Origin: Podarcis melisellensis
Taxonomy: Eukaryota
Assembly: GCA_964234715.1 (NCBI GenBank)
Contig: OZ174282.1
Reading direction: 5' to 3' (one strand)
Length of the DNA: 64,000 nucleotides
A program made the translations under genes and the position numbers. The notes under the pieces were generated by a model. It ran no database searches. It was not told where the DNA came from and worked only from the letters and a program-made list of their open reading frames with translations. Within the stretch, counting starts at the first letter, position 1. Each line of letters starts with the position of its first letter. Positions 36,638-48,791 of this stretch are shown here, in pieces.

Positions 36638-38110
36638 TATTCCCAGTAAAAGTCCTCACTATCATACTTTGCACCCACTAAAGTTTTCATACTATCTTCA
36701 AGGACAGTCCCAATTAAGCTATAGGCCAGTAATTCAAACAGGAGTTTAGTGAAGAGTAGAGCTGTTGCAGCCATCTAGATTGTCTGCCTCCAGAGAGAGG
36801 CATAAGCTGGGATGTCAGCCTAAACTAGTAAAGGATGCTCCAAGACCATTGGAACCTACTTTTGTTGTGTAGCTTTCTGTTATTTATACATTATTAAGGT
36901 TCTAATATTTTAATGACGCAAGGAGTGAAGGGCCTCATGGTAAACCTAACAAATTTTATCACTGCATTTTGCGAAGGAGAGTTAACGGGCGTCCGGTATA
37001 GTGAGCTCAAGTCTGTCAAAACACAAGCAATGATAAAATGCAATAGTCTTTATGGCAGGGATGTGGAGAACCAATTTCAGAGGGAGGCCCAGCTGCCAGT
37101 GGCCAGTGCTGGGCAGGGCCAGAGGCAAAAGTGGGCGGAGCAACAGATGTGGCTCCAGTGAGCTGCATTCCAGAGGTTTCTACACAAATATACACACACA
37201 GCCTCCATTATCACAGTTAAATGACACTTTGCAGCCACACAGAAGCATGAGGAGGGTGTGGAACAGGGCTGGTGAGCAGGGTACTCTGGGAATATCAAAA
37301 AGTCAGAAAGACAAGTATGGGGGCCCACATCTAGCCCCAGAGCCAGAGGCTCTCTACCTGTGTTTTAAAGTACCACAAAAGTGAGGATTGTTGTTCTTGT
37401 TGTTTTGTTTTTGCTGCAGCAGGCAGGCCCATTATCCCCTGGATAATATATTTTTTTTAAATGAAATTGATTGGCTACTACTTTGAGGGAGAACAGAAAA
37501 TTTGTAACATAAATGAACAAATCTACTGTACCCAGAAAGGAAACTTTGTGGATATTGGGTGGCTGTCTTTGGTCCAATAATCATTTACATTCTGTTTTAT
37601 TCAAATGTTCACGTAAGGAGGAGAATAACAAAGGGGTGGGGGGATACTGTAATTAGCTGGAATGCCTGCACTCGCTCAAAGCTTGGAAGCAAATAATTTC
37701 CAGTGTATGTTTATAATTATATAATGCATTTCAGATGGCGACGCAACAACAGTCGGACTTGGATCCAAATCTGGGAATGTTTCTTGTCTAATGTGCTCTT
37801 TTATGGTGTCTCCCCCACTTTTGCACGTTTAAATTTTTAATTAAATTGCCTTTTCTCTCTCTTCTGTTGATTAGAAAGCCATTGCAGAAGGAAAGAACCT
37901 TCAGCTCTTTATATAACTTTTTTTTGTATGCATTAATGGCTTGCAAAAAATGTACAGACATTTTAACAACTTTTCACACTGTACCTCCGCCTTTTATTTC
38001 AGAGGCACCCATACAGTGATCGATGATGGTTGGTGAAAGGCTGCTAAATGATGAAAGTGAAATGAAACAAGCTTTCAGGAAAGCCACTTCCAAACCTGAG
38101 CAGGAGGTGG

Positions 38111-38841
38111 GGTTGCAGGCTTCATGCCCACCCCACGTGAGCGGGGGCTGGTTTTAGCCCCCACGAGAGCAGGGGAATCCCGGCCACTTTGTCCACCCAG
38201 CCAGCCAATCGGGTGGCTGGGGGGCGTGGCCTGGCCTATTTAGGGCTGGCACAGCCGGGGCTCGCCTTCTTTTGCCGGCTAGCCCCCCCTCCCTCCCTTT
38301 AGGTAGGTTTCTGACTTTGCTATGGACTTCGGTCTGTCGCCGCAAGGGGCATGGTAGGAATTTTTCCCAATTGGCAATTTGCAGCCATTTGGTTTTTCGC
38401 CTACCTCGTAGCAACTCGTCACAACTCCTCGGCATTGGCGGTTAGGCATTGGTAAGAAGGGGTTAAGAGGATGTGGGGGGGGGAGGAACGCCATCACCTC
38501 CCCCCAGAGAATGAAGGGTGGTCCGATAAAGGACTCCGGGGGGCGTGGCCCTGTCCAAAGCCTATGGAGGTGTGGGCCTAAGGCACACCCCCAAGCGGTG
38601 ACCCGGGGGAGCTCCTAGTTGACGTGCCTCAGTAGGAGACTCCCCCTCTATGGTGTTAACCCTTCCCGTGTCTCCAGCAAATGGGCTGGAGCCGGATGGT
38701 CAATAGGACCAATGCCTAAGCCAATGCCTCTCATTCCTGAATTCAATAAAGTTGTGGCCTAATTCACCCATTTAACCTTAAATTCTGGTGTCTGGTGTCT
38801 TTATTTATCCTTGGTGGGGGGCGGGAACTCGCCACGCAACT
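38111..38841 (+). mobile_element. CpG-rich solo LTR-like or DIRS/Ngaro-type terminal repeat
   Basis: GC/CpG-rich island with CCAAT (GCCAATC), GC box (GGGGCGTGGC), TATA-like CCTATTTAG and AATAAA near 38745; imperfect inverted ends GTTGCAGGC..CCCACCCC / GGGGCGGG..GCCACGCAAC. No clean TSD seen. Confidence 0.55.
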
Positions 38842-39298
38842 CATGCAACCCGGAAGAAGCGGGGTGCAACGTTCCAAGTGTTGCTGCACAACGAACACGA
38901 GTTTCCAATGAAGTTTGCAGAAGATATTGGTTGACAAAATCAATCTAACATGATCAAGTGCTTTTCATATATGAATTATCACCAGGGGCTGCAACATTCA
39001 GTGGGACTTACTCTTAGATGTACCGAACTGCATTCAAACTCTAGAAGCATTATTGCAAAACTAATTCTCATCCCAAGGAAGAGCTCTGCTGGATCAGACC
39101 AAAAGACCTATTAGTGCAGCATCTTGTTCTCATTGTGCCCAATCAGATGCCTATAGAAAGCCCATTAGGAGGACATGAGTTCAATAGCCCTCTCCTGATC
39201 CCCAGCATACTACCTTTGATACTAAAGGTATCCATAGTTCAATTTTAGCTCAATGACAATAGTGACTCAACTTGTGGCCATGTTAGACCTTAGCTACC

Positions 39299-39478
39299 AG
39301 CTGTAGCTCAGGTGGAGCATCTGCTTTGCATGCAGAAGGTTTCAACTTCAGTTCCCAGATCTCCAGATAGAGCTAGGAAGATCCCCTCCCTGTAACCTTG
39401 GAAAGCTGCTGCCAGTTAGTATAGACAATGATGAGCAGAATCAGATGGTCAGACTCAGTAGAAGGCACCTTCCAATGC
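39299..39478 (+). mobile_element. tRNA-headed SINE with CR1-like tail
   Basis: TGTAGCTCAGGTGGAGCATCTGCTTTGCATGCAGAAGG...TAGACAAT...ATGGTCAGACTCAGTAGAAGGCACCTTCC. Confidence 0.75.
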
Positions 39479-41945
39479 TGTCCAAGCTTTTATTCTATGA
39501 TCATATGAAGTGCCTTGCTGGCTCGGGCCATGTGCCCATCTGGTCCATCATCCTGCTTTCCCACTGGCCACCCAGATACCAGTGGAGAACATATACATAT
39601 TTCCCTGCTTAACATTTTGTGGTGTTCTCCACAAGACCACAATCCCAGGAGCACCCTCTTCTTAGGGCCCCAACTTAGGATCCCCAAATTGTCATCATGT
39701 AGGATAGAGGCCAGCCAGTCTAACTCATGTTGATGCTTTATCAGCCACAGCTGAGCTGCTTCATCACAGCTGGGGCTCCCACCAGATCATACAATACAGC
39801 TCCCATCAGCACTGACCACTGGCCATGTTGGCTGGGGCTGATGAGAACTGGAGTCCAGCAACATCAGAAGGCCCTGCATCCCTATCTTAGACCAGGGTTC
39901 TCATCAAAGGCATGAGCCGATTTAGTCTTGTTGATGCCTTGTGACTTAATCTGGATACATCATTCAGCTTTTAATTCAGCACTGGGAGCTCCCACATCAC
40001 TTACTGAAGTCAATCCACAAGGTCCCCGAAGATTTTTTATGCACAAACGTGTACTTCATAAAACAAACAAAACCCATTTGACATGAAGGCCTAATGTAAG
40101 AGATCTGACAGCAAATTCTTTGGGGATATATTTGTGGTAAGCAATCTTTAGAATGACTTATGGTTTTAAGCAAATAAATGGAACTCAGTTAGACAGCCAA
40201 GTCATATTTCATAACAAATCCCCAATCCAACACTTTACGCTCCAATGTTAAAAGCATTCCAGGCACCCTAGATCAATTCAGCGTATGGCAAACGCTCTGT
40301 TATTAAACCAATTGCAAGTAGTTTCACTGATATTCATTCTGTGGTTGGCATTAATTATACAAGAGCAATAGTTGTGGCTTCCTCCCTACCCTGCTTTCCT
40401 CCCCATTTCATTGTGTCTGGTGACCCTTGGGGGCTGGTTGATACATATGTGCCTATTCATCACTCCAACTCATGGAGGGTGAAGCTGGTGGGGGAGGCAG
40501 AGTGTAGAGCACACATTCTTGCTCTCCCTTTTCTCCTATTGGTTTCACATGCAACTTGAACACCTGAAGAAGGCTCTGAGCAAATGCAGGCATGCACACA
40601 GAACCCACAGTGGTGGCTGGTGCCCAGGGATGGCAGGGAACCCAAAAGTAGGTACATCCAGAGCCAATGACAGGCAAAGTAAATTATGTTTACTTTTGTC
40701 ACCATCCTCCTTCCTGCTGAGCAATGCTGGGTTATCCAACAGGCAGATGAAGCATGTGATTAGGGCACCAGCAAAACAGGGACACCTGTTTATATATATA
40801 TATATATATAACACAATTTGGCATCAGAGTAGCTGCTTGTAGTCACAGTAGTAGACATGATTCTCTGTGTATGGAAGAAGGCATGCTTTGCTGAGTCAGC
40901 TTTGATGAACTTATGCAGAATTTTGCCATCAGAAAATTTCAATTTCATCATGCATGCAAGTTTTGTGTTATGATAATATATATATATATACGAAGGGGGG
41001 GGGCATAATACTTTCAGGGCTTAGGGCTTCTAAAGGCATTAATCCAGCCCTGCTGGTGAGTTTTTCAAGGGTAATGCTGAGACTCAGAAGGAAGATGACA
41101 GCTAGGACCACACCCTGAACTTGCTGTAAGAAAGAAGGCAGGTGAGGTTGGAGGAATCAGAAATTGGTGGGGCAGTGCCCCATTTCCCCCAAAGGACCAG
41201 CTTCCGTTGGCAACTCCACTCTGCCTTCACCACACATTCACTTTGAACAACTGAAGTGAGCTAATAAGGAGGGACAGAATGGAAAATGAAAGCACTTATG
41301 TGTGAAATGTGCTACAATCCACAAACTCATGCAACCCACCAAAGGCTCTTGGAATCAAAGCAAATGGTGAGAAATGGCCACTGTGCTCAGCATAGCGAAG
41401 GCAACCTATGCAAACAGCTGAGGAGGAAACGTCTGCAAGGCAGAGGAAGGTCCCTTGCCTTGAATCTGCACAGGTTGCAGATCACAGACAGGCCCGTGCT
41501 GAAGGATCAGCAAGATAAACATTATAATATAATCAATTTGAGAGGGAGGGGGGTAATCCAGAGAGGTAGAGTTGCAACAGTAAGCACAGAATTTGGAAAA
41601 GTTCATTAAGTGAAATTGACAGGTTGAAACAGCCCAGTCAATAGGTGAGCAAAACTGGAAGGGAGACGGACACCCACACTCCATACAGGGGCAACAAGTG
41701 CAATGGAAGGTAAAATTCACAACACAGCCTAAGAATAACACGGGATTGTGCCTCGTGTTATATAGCACTTTCAAGTTTTCAAAGTTCTTATCTAATAATA
41801 TTCTTTTACAATGCTCCTATAAGGTAGGTCAGTGCAGTTATGTGCACCCCAATCTCTGAACAGTGAGAGATTTCAGGGACAGCAGCACATATATGATATT
41901 CAGAGGACTACAATCTCTGGCAGCAGAGTTGTTTGTTTTGCTATC

Positions 41946-42142
41946 ATTATATTTACCTTTCCTCCAAGGAGCTCAAGGTGGCGTACATGATTCTCTCTCC
42001 CCATTTTATCCTCACAACAACCCTGTGAGGTAGGTTAGACTGGGAGGCAGCGACTGGCCCAGGGTCACCCTGACTGGGGATTTGAACCCTGGTCTCCCAT
42101 GTTCTAGTCCAGCACTCTAACCATTACACCACACTAGCTCTC
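41946..42142 (-). mobile_element. tRNA-derived MIR/Ther1-like SINE
   Basis: Reverse complement of the 6576/22573 family (CCTCACAACAACCCTGTGAGGTAGG...GGGATTTGAACCCTGG...CTCTAACCATTACACCACAC). Confidence 0.8.
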
Positions 42143-44410
42143 TTAGAACATGGCCATTGTAGCCAGTAGTCATTGAGAGCATCCTCCATGTAACTCCCTT
42201 CTGAAGATTTTCCCACCTTGCTTCATATATACCAACATGGTCAGCTTCACTTTTTATGTGCTTTAGAGAGTAACCACACTTTTATTGTAGTTCCACCCCC
42301 CCCAAGGGAATCTGACATTTCCGATGGTGGAAGATGCTATGTATATTGTATATTTACATGATGGACCAAATTAAAAACACCCAAATGAAGAAGCATTATC
42401 TGGAATCCCCTGGAAGTCAGTTTGCATTGAACAGCTGAAGTATTTTGCTGTGCCATTGATCCTTAAAATATCTTGGACCCCGTTTTTCACTCTGATAACT
42501 TTAAACATCTTATTAATAAGGACAAAAGGCCAGGCAAGTGAAGGGTTGTGGTTCCAAGTGAGCTTTCAATTTGTCCCATTGTGCCCAGGCATGGCAGGGG
42601 ATTCAAACCGGTTGGTGGTCTTACATATCTCATACACACCCCAACAATGCAACAAATTATGAATAGAGCCTTAAGCCTCCACTCGGAATTCCTTCTTTTG
42701 TGAGTTTGTCTCTTGAGCGTGTTGAGCCGCCGGGTTTACAAGTTGTACAGTCCCTGCCACAGGTGGGAGCCAGCGCTGGAAATGTATCACTGTGTAGCTT
42801 TTTATTAAAAACCTCAGAAAGAATGGAAGAAAAGATGCTGCGTTATTCGAGTCAGAATGCAAATTACTTTCTCTAATGTAAAAAGAAAAAGAAAAAGATG
42901 AATGGTATGGAAGCAGTAGCCGAAAGTTACTGCCATCTACAAATGGGCATTTACAGTGGTGGCTTGGTGATAGATAAAATCCATTAAGTCTTTGTTTAAC
43001 CTAATTCAAATCAACTGCAGTGATTCTGTGTTAAAAAATTAAACATATAGGCTTTGTGTTGCTCTCTAGCCCACTCCACATATAACCTGAAATTCCAAGG
43101 AGGTGAAGAAAAGGAACAGAATTTCAGAAATTTTGGGGGGTTTTTAAGCCCATAAAACCAAGTTTCTAGACCTTATGATTGTGAAACTCTTTTTTTATTC
43201 AAGTGTAATGCCTTCTGGAATCTCTGAAACCAGGCTATGGGCAGAATTGGTTTTGTAGGAGTGGGAGGGTAAATGACTCATTTCCCTGGGCAGTGCTACT
43301 GTTTGAGAAACAAAAACCCAACACCAGCCAACAAAACCATGACAGCTAAATAGAAATGCCATGTCCTGATCCAATTTATTACTGCTAACCAGATGCAGAG
43401 TCCACCACAAGGGACGATTCTTGCCTGTGCTTATGGACTTCCAGGGAACCACTAGCTGGCTACTGTGGGAGGGCTGCTAGATTCAATGGTCCTTTAACTG
43501 ATCCACTAGGAAGCACTTTCGCCTCTTATTTCAGGGCTATGGAAATCCCACCCCCGGCTGAGGGCTATGTTCCCTTTACAGAAAAATTTCCAGGATCTAC
43601 TGGGGGCAGTGGGAGACAAGCTTCAGATTTGTGTCGTGCTCATTTAGCACCACAAGCCACAGCAACCAATTTCAAAGCTGATTTGACAGGAGTGCATGTG
43701 TGAAGATGTGGCACAGAGGCAGGAGGACTTTGACGTCCAGCGTTTTCCAAACATGCACCATCAGGCAAAACTGTCAAAGTGCACAGAACAGACAAGAATA
43801 AGCTGATACATAACTCCCCTTCCTGCAAAGCTGTGACTGCAGAGCCCTGATAAAATCATTCCTTCTGGTTAGAGAGAAGTTATAATATTCATTACTTAAT
43901 ACAGATTGAGCAGGGAAAGGGGGGGCAGGGAGAAAAGAAAGACCTCATTACATTTCCGTTGGCAGCAGTGAGGCAACTAGCTGCACACAGCTGGAAGAGC
44001 TTGGACAATTGATCGATAGACTGTTGGCACCAGCAAATATGGTCCTTTGCTCTTATGGAGAAACTCGCCAAGCAAGTGCAGACTTTTAAGTGGACAACAA
44101 AAACATAATGGTTTTCTTGATACTTGGTATGCATTTATTGTTTCATGTTAATAAGAACAGGAGTAATTTCTAACAGCCAGCCAAGCAGGGTAATCTTTGG
44201 CAAAATGTTATTGTTTAACTGCTGCATTTTTTTTATTTGTGAGAAGAAGGCAGGGGAGGGGATGTTACTTTTGCTTGTTGTAAAGGTGGTTATTTATTGA
44301 CTTGTATTTTTTTTTAAGCAACCCAATAGAGTGAATCCTTTCTGCCCAAGGATTTGGAATAATAATGTATCATCCCTGGAAGTCACTGCCAAATGTAGTA
44401 AAAATCTATC

Positions 44411-44411
44411 A

Positions 44412-44444
<33 letters not shown>

Positions 44445-44472
44445 TTCTCTCTCTCTCTCTCTCTGTGTGTGT
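44411..44472. repeat. Compound (TCTG)n(CT)n(GT)n microsatellite
   Basis: Directly visible. Confidence 0.95.
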
Positions 44473-45488
44473 ATGAAATACTGTTTTCATTAATAAATTA
44501 GGATAACATACAAACCACACTTTTCAAGGATGTGGAAGAAGTTAAGATACGTAATATGTCTTGTGGATCCTTGTGAGTTGTATCCAATGCTAGTCCTACT
44601 CAGAGTAGATACATTTAATAAACATGGCTAACCTAAGTTTATTAATTTCAGTGGATCTACTCTGAGTAGGGTATAGTTGGATATGACCCATTATATTTCC
44701 TTTGAATTTGCTTTTCTTGAAACATTAAGAAAGGCAAGCATGCACATTAAATGTAGATTTGAACAGCCAATTGAAAAAGTATTCTGTATATTTTAAAAGA
44801 AATAAATAAAAAAGGATGCTTGATAAAAATGTGTCTGCTGCATTAATGTGTAAGATATTTCAAAGGAAAAAAAACAAAGTGTTGTTTTAATATGCAAGGG
44901 AAAACTTAATTAAAAAGGAAACGGAAAGTAATAAAACAAAACAAAAAAGAATGAAGGGATAAACATAGGATGAATACATTTTATATATAACTAAAATAAC
45001 TTTATGCATAATAAAGGTTTTTCATTGAGTGAGCAATAGAAATAAAAGTTGGGAAACAATATTTAAAATCCAGTGAATCCTATAATTACTTTGTGATTGT
45101 TTTTTGTATTATAAAAGGGTGTGTCATGTTACAAAGTAAATGTGTTAATCGTGAAGCTCATTGGTAAGATTGCACTCTGTGTCCATAGATGGATGCCAGC
45201 TGCATTCCATCACACTCTCCCAACATTCCATCACACTGCAATATGCCCAAGAGACAGAACCCAAAAGGGCCAATGAAGATTAAGGATTGGGACTATGCAG
45301 AATAGAGGGAGCTCAACCTAACCAGGAGAAAGGACCAGTTTGCCCTCATCCCAATAATGTCTCTTGTGAAGGATTGCCATTTATCCTTATGGGGGCAGGG
45401 GACAGTTGAATTGGGAGGGTGCATTATTGCAAGGAAAACAAAACCCACTCCCACTCAGTGCTGAGTGCCCCAGCACTCACTGTCAGAG

Positions 45489-45619
45489 CAGACTCTCCAT
45501 GTCCCTATTTTCCAGTGTCCCTGATTTAGAGAAGCCATCCTGGTTTCTGATTTGATCCCGGAATGTCCCATTTTCCTTAGGGTGTCTCTATTTTCAATGG
45601 AGAAATGTTGGAGGGTATG
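45489..45619. mobile_element. hAT Blackjack-type MITE (inverted relative of 24021-24157)
   Basis: CAGACTCTCCA...TTGGAGGGTATG; TGTCCCT motifs; shares TGATCCCGGAATGT with the 24021 copy. Confidence 0.75.
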
Positions 45620-45752
45620 GAATTATCCCACCCCTGAGCTGTCTGAAGGCATTCACCCCCCACCAAATCACTGCATGGGTCCTGGTGCCTGGCCACAACG
45701 CCGCCAACCTGAAAAGTTGAGCGCACTTGTTGAATTCCAACTCTCATCAGCC

Positions 45753-46335
45753 CATAGCTGTCAACTTACAGATTTGAAAATAAGGGACCAGCAGCCAAAA
45801 TAAGGGACCTGCAGCCTCACCTGTTCCAGGCACTCCAGTCTTCCTGTCCTCCTGCAGTCTGGTCAAACTCATGCTGGTAGCTCCGAGAACACTGTCCAAC
45901 CAACTTTGTAACCAGAGGTTCAACTGAATAGAATCTGAATCACATGCACCACAAGGCCTATGCATCCTCAACTTAAGATGGCTCCCTGGCCTGGCTTTGC
46001 ACTGCAAAGTTTGCAGCAGCACGTGCAACAAAATGGCGCCCAGCATTCAAAAAACCCCTCAGCTTGCATTATCTAGCCACACACAAGGCATGCAAGCTCC
46101 ACCCCCCAGTCGTTCTTAGACTTCTTATTGGGTGAGCAACACAGCCAAGCAACACAGTTGGAGCCTCCCTCCTCCCTGGCCAGCAGGGAGGGAGGGAGAG
46201 GAGCTGCTTCCTTTGAAATTTAAGGGACATCATTTAAGGGACATTTAAGGGACATCCATCAATAAGGGACAGCAGCGGGACATGGCACTAGAATAAGGGA
46301 CTGTCCCTTCAAATAAGGGACACTTGACAGCTATG
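45753..46335. mobile_element. 583-bp hAT Blackjack-type non-autonomous element
   Basis: TIR CATAGCTGTCAA...TTGACAGCTATG; perfect 8-bp TSD CATCAGCC (45745-45752, 46336-46343); eight TAAGGGAC subterminal repeats. Confidence 0.93.
45826..45902 (-). mobile_element. BovB (RTE) LINE ORF C-terminal fragment inside the hAT element
   Basis: Minus strand encodes WLDSVLGATSMSLTRLQE, matching the recalled BovB C-terminus WLDSV.EAT.MSL..L.E...DR.AW. Confidence 0.8.
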
Positions 46336-46764
46336 CATCAGCCCAACCAGCACAGCAAACACATCAAGGCCAGTAGGAGCTGGAGGCCAACAATATCTGG
46401 AATGCTACCAGTTCTGTGTTCCTGTTTGAAGGCATTTGTTCACTGCAGTCTTTTTAGCTCAAGACACCAAGCATAGGACCCGGGGCTTCTGCCTTCAAAG
46501 CACGTGCTCTTCCACTCTGTTGCCCTGCCTACGCAAACAATTATCACAAATAATCCCTGTACGTATAGTTCACTCCACCAGCTTCTTCAACTCAGGGCCC
46601 TGTTTTTTCAACCATGGGGCTAAATCATGCTCTTTTGTACTTGGACGAGAGGCTGGTCTAGAGCCTGACAGCAGCTTAATGAGTGCATCACTATCCCTCA
46701 AGAAATAATGTGTAATACTATGTCCACCCTCCTTGGTTTAGAGGCATTGTCACTGTTGCATATC

Positions 46765-46775
46765 ATATATATATA

Positions 46776-46832
<57 letters not shown>
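46765..46832. repeat. Compound (TA)n(TG)n(TA)n microsatellite
   Basis: Directly visible. Confidence 0.95.
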
Positions 46833-46833
<1 letters not shown>

Positions 46834-47065
46834 ATCTCCCTGGAAGGCTATAATTCATATGCAAACAAAGACAAGAGGTGAGGTGGAGGGGTGTTAATCT
46901 CTCCCCCCTTCCCTCCAATGATTTCATAATAAAGTGTTGGAACACTTTGATCAGGAGCCGAAAGGAGGTGTGAAGCGGCGTTTTTGCAACAGACAGATAT
47001 TTGTGTAATTGCCCTTTATGTATTGCCAGTTTGGAATAATCACATATAAAAAAGCCCCAACTTAC

Positions 47066-47074
47066 CTCATCTGC
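47066..47074 (-). other. Candidate 9-nt microexon GCAGATGAG
   Basis: Minus strand reads TTGTTCTCTTTTATTTATGCCTTGGCTGTACCAG|GCAGATGAG|GTAAGT, inside a repeat-free block (46850-47220). Confidence 0.35.
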
Positions 47075-48459
47075 CTGGTACAGCCAAGGCATAAATAAAA
47101 GAGAACAATGGCATTACTATTACTCACTCACTGACTCCCAGCTACATCACTGTATTCTTTATAATTGCTGGCAAGAAGATTAATGTTTTGTAAAATATCA
47201 GAGTAAGGTCACAAGGGGGCTTGCAGGGCTGTCTAAACACCCAGAGAATTTCAACTCCTTCCCTCTCTTTTTATGGAAATGAACTTCAGAGCTTTGCTGC
47301 TAATTATGGTGATTTGGGGATGTTGGGAAAGTATCCTCCACCTTTCTTGCGTTTCTCCTCCTTTTCGGGTTTGATTCGTTCCCATCTTTTTCAGAAAGGA
47401 CCTTCCCAGCATACAAACATGATTATTTGCTGGCTAGTTTTTTTTTTAATCTGTTTTGATCACAGTACAGGGCATAATACTTTTGCAGTTGTATTGCTCA
47501 CCCCATTCCCCGCTTCTCCTGAAGCAGATAATTCACTACCTAAGTTGAAATACACAAAGATGTAGGGAACTTTCTTATACGGAATCAGACCACTGGTCCG
47601 CCTTGCTCAATATTATCTACACTGATGGGCAGTGGCTTTCCAGGGTTTCAGGCCTGATAGCTGACTGATACTGAGTCATGTCTATTGGCCCATCAAGTTC
47701 AAGGGAAGGAATGTATCATCCACAGGTAGGACTAGGAATGTCCCTTGCCTGGGACCACTGTGTTCCCTAGCAGGCAATCTTCAAGCTGTGCTGGGGAGCC
47801 AGATGCAAAAGTAGGCAGAGCAATGGATGTAACTCTTAGCTTTCTACAGGGGGCAAGTCTCCAGTCAAGGCAGAAGTTTCTACACACATAGACCTCCATT
47901 CTCCTTCCAGGCAAGCAAAGCATTGTCACACTTCAGGGACACCTTTCACCCAGGCCTAATCACTCATGGAGGGTGTGGCCTGTGGGAGGGGATGTGGCTT
48001 GGGGAGAGTCTAAAGAGCCAAACAGAGAGGTCTTGAGGGTCACATATGGTCCTCTGTGGACTGGAAGTTCCCCATCCCTAATCTACAGCATCCTTGACAT
48101 CTTAGTTCCTGCTTAAATCCTTGCACAGCCTCCCACCTCATGAATCAGTTCCAGAGTCGCACAGTTCTAGCCATTAGTATCTCCTAACGTACTCCTAATG
48201 TCTCCATCAGTTTCTCCTAACGTTTTCAAACATCCTGAAGATTCAGTTGAGTACTGTTTTGTAAACTGCTTTGGGATACAGCCTGGGATGCTACTTTTTT
48301 AAAAAAAGGGGACAACTGAAACCACTCCTAATTTAGAACAAGTGGACACTTCCATCATCTCTCTCACTCCTCATCCTCGATAGACTCGCTAGGGGAAAGG
48401 TTCCAGCTCAGTGCTTGGCATGTGGAAAGTCCCGGGTTCAATTCCTGGCATCTCCAGGA

Positions 48460-48791
48460 AGGGATGGTAATGATAGGTGAAAAAGGTCAATTTGGGTTTC
48501 TCGTTTTCCCAGTCTTAAGTTCAGTTGTCCATATTTCCACATCAATTTGGATTTTTATTTATAAGAAAAAAAGTCCTAATGAAGATTCTTCAGCATCTTA
48601 ATATGGATTTCACCTCATAGATGCATTTCTGTATGCCATTTTGGCTAATACACACAAAACTGCATTGCAATATTTACAGAACTGCAAATTTCAAAAGATG
48701 GCAGTGCTTCCATTCTCCTAATGTCCTGAAAAGTACAAAATAGATAAGTTAGCCTTTAAATCTGAACAGAATTGAATTCCTCCCCCATCCC
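48460..48791. mobile_element. Degenerate hAT-Ac-type element (relative at about 13820-13990)
   Basis: Termini AGGGATGG...CCATCCCT; shared GTCAATTT..GTTTC and TTCAGTT..CCA motifs. Confidence 0.5.
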
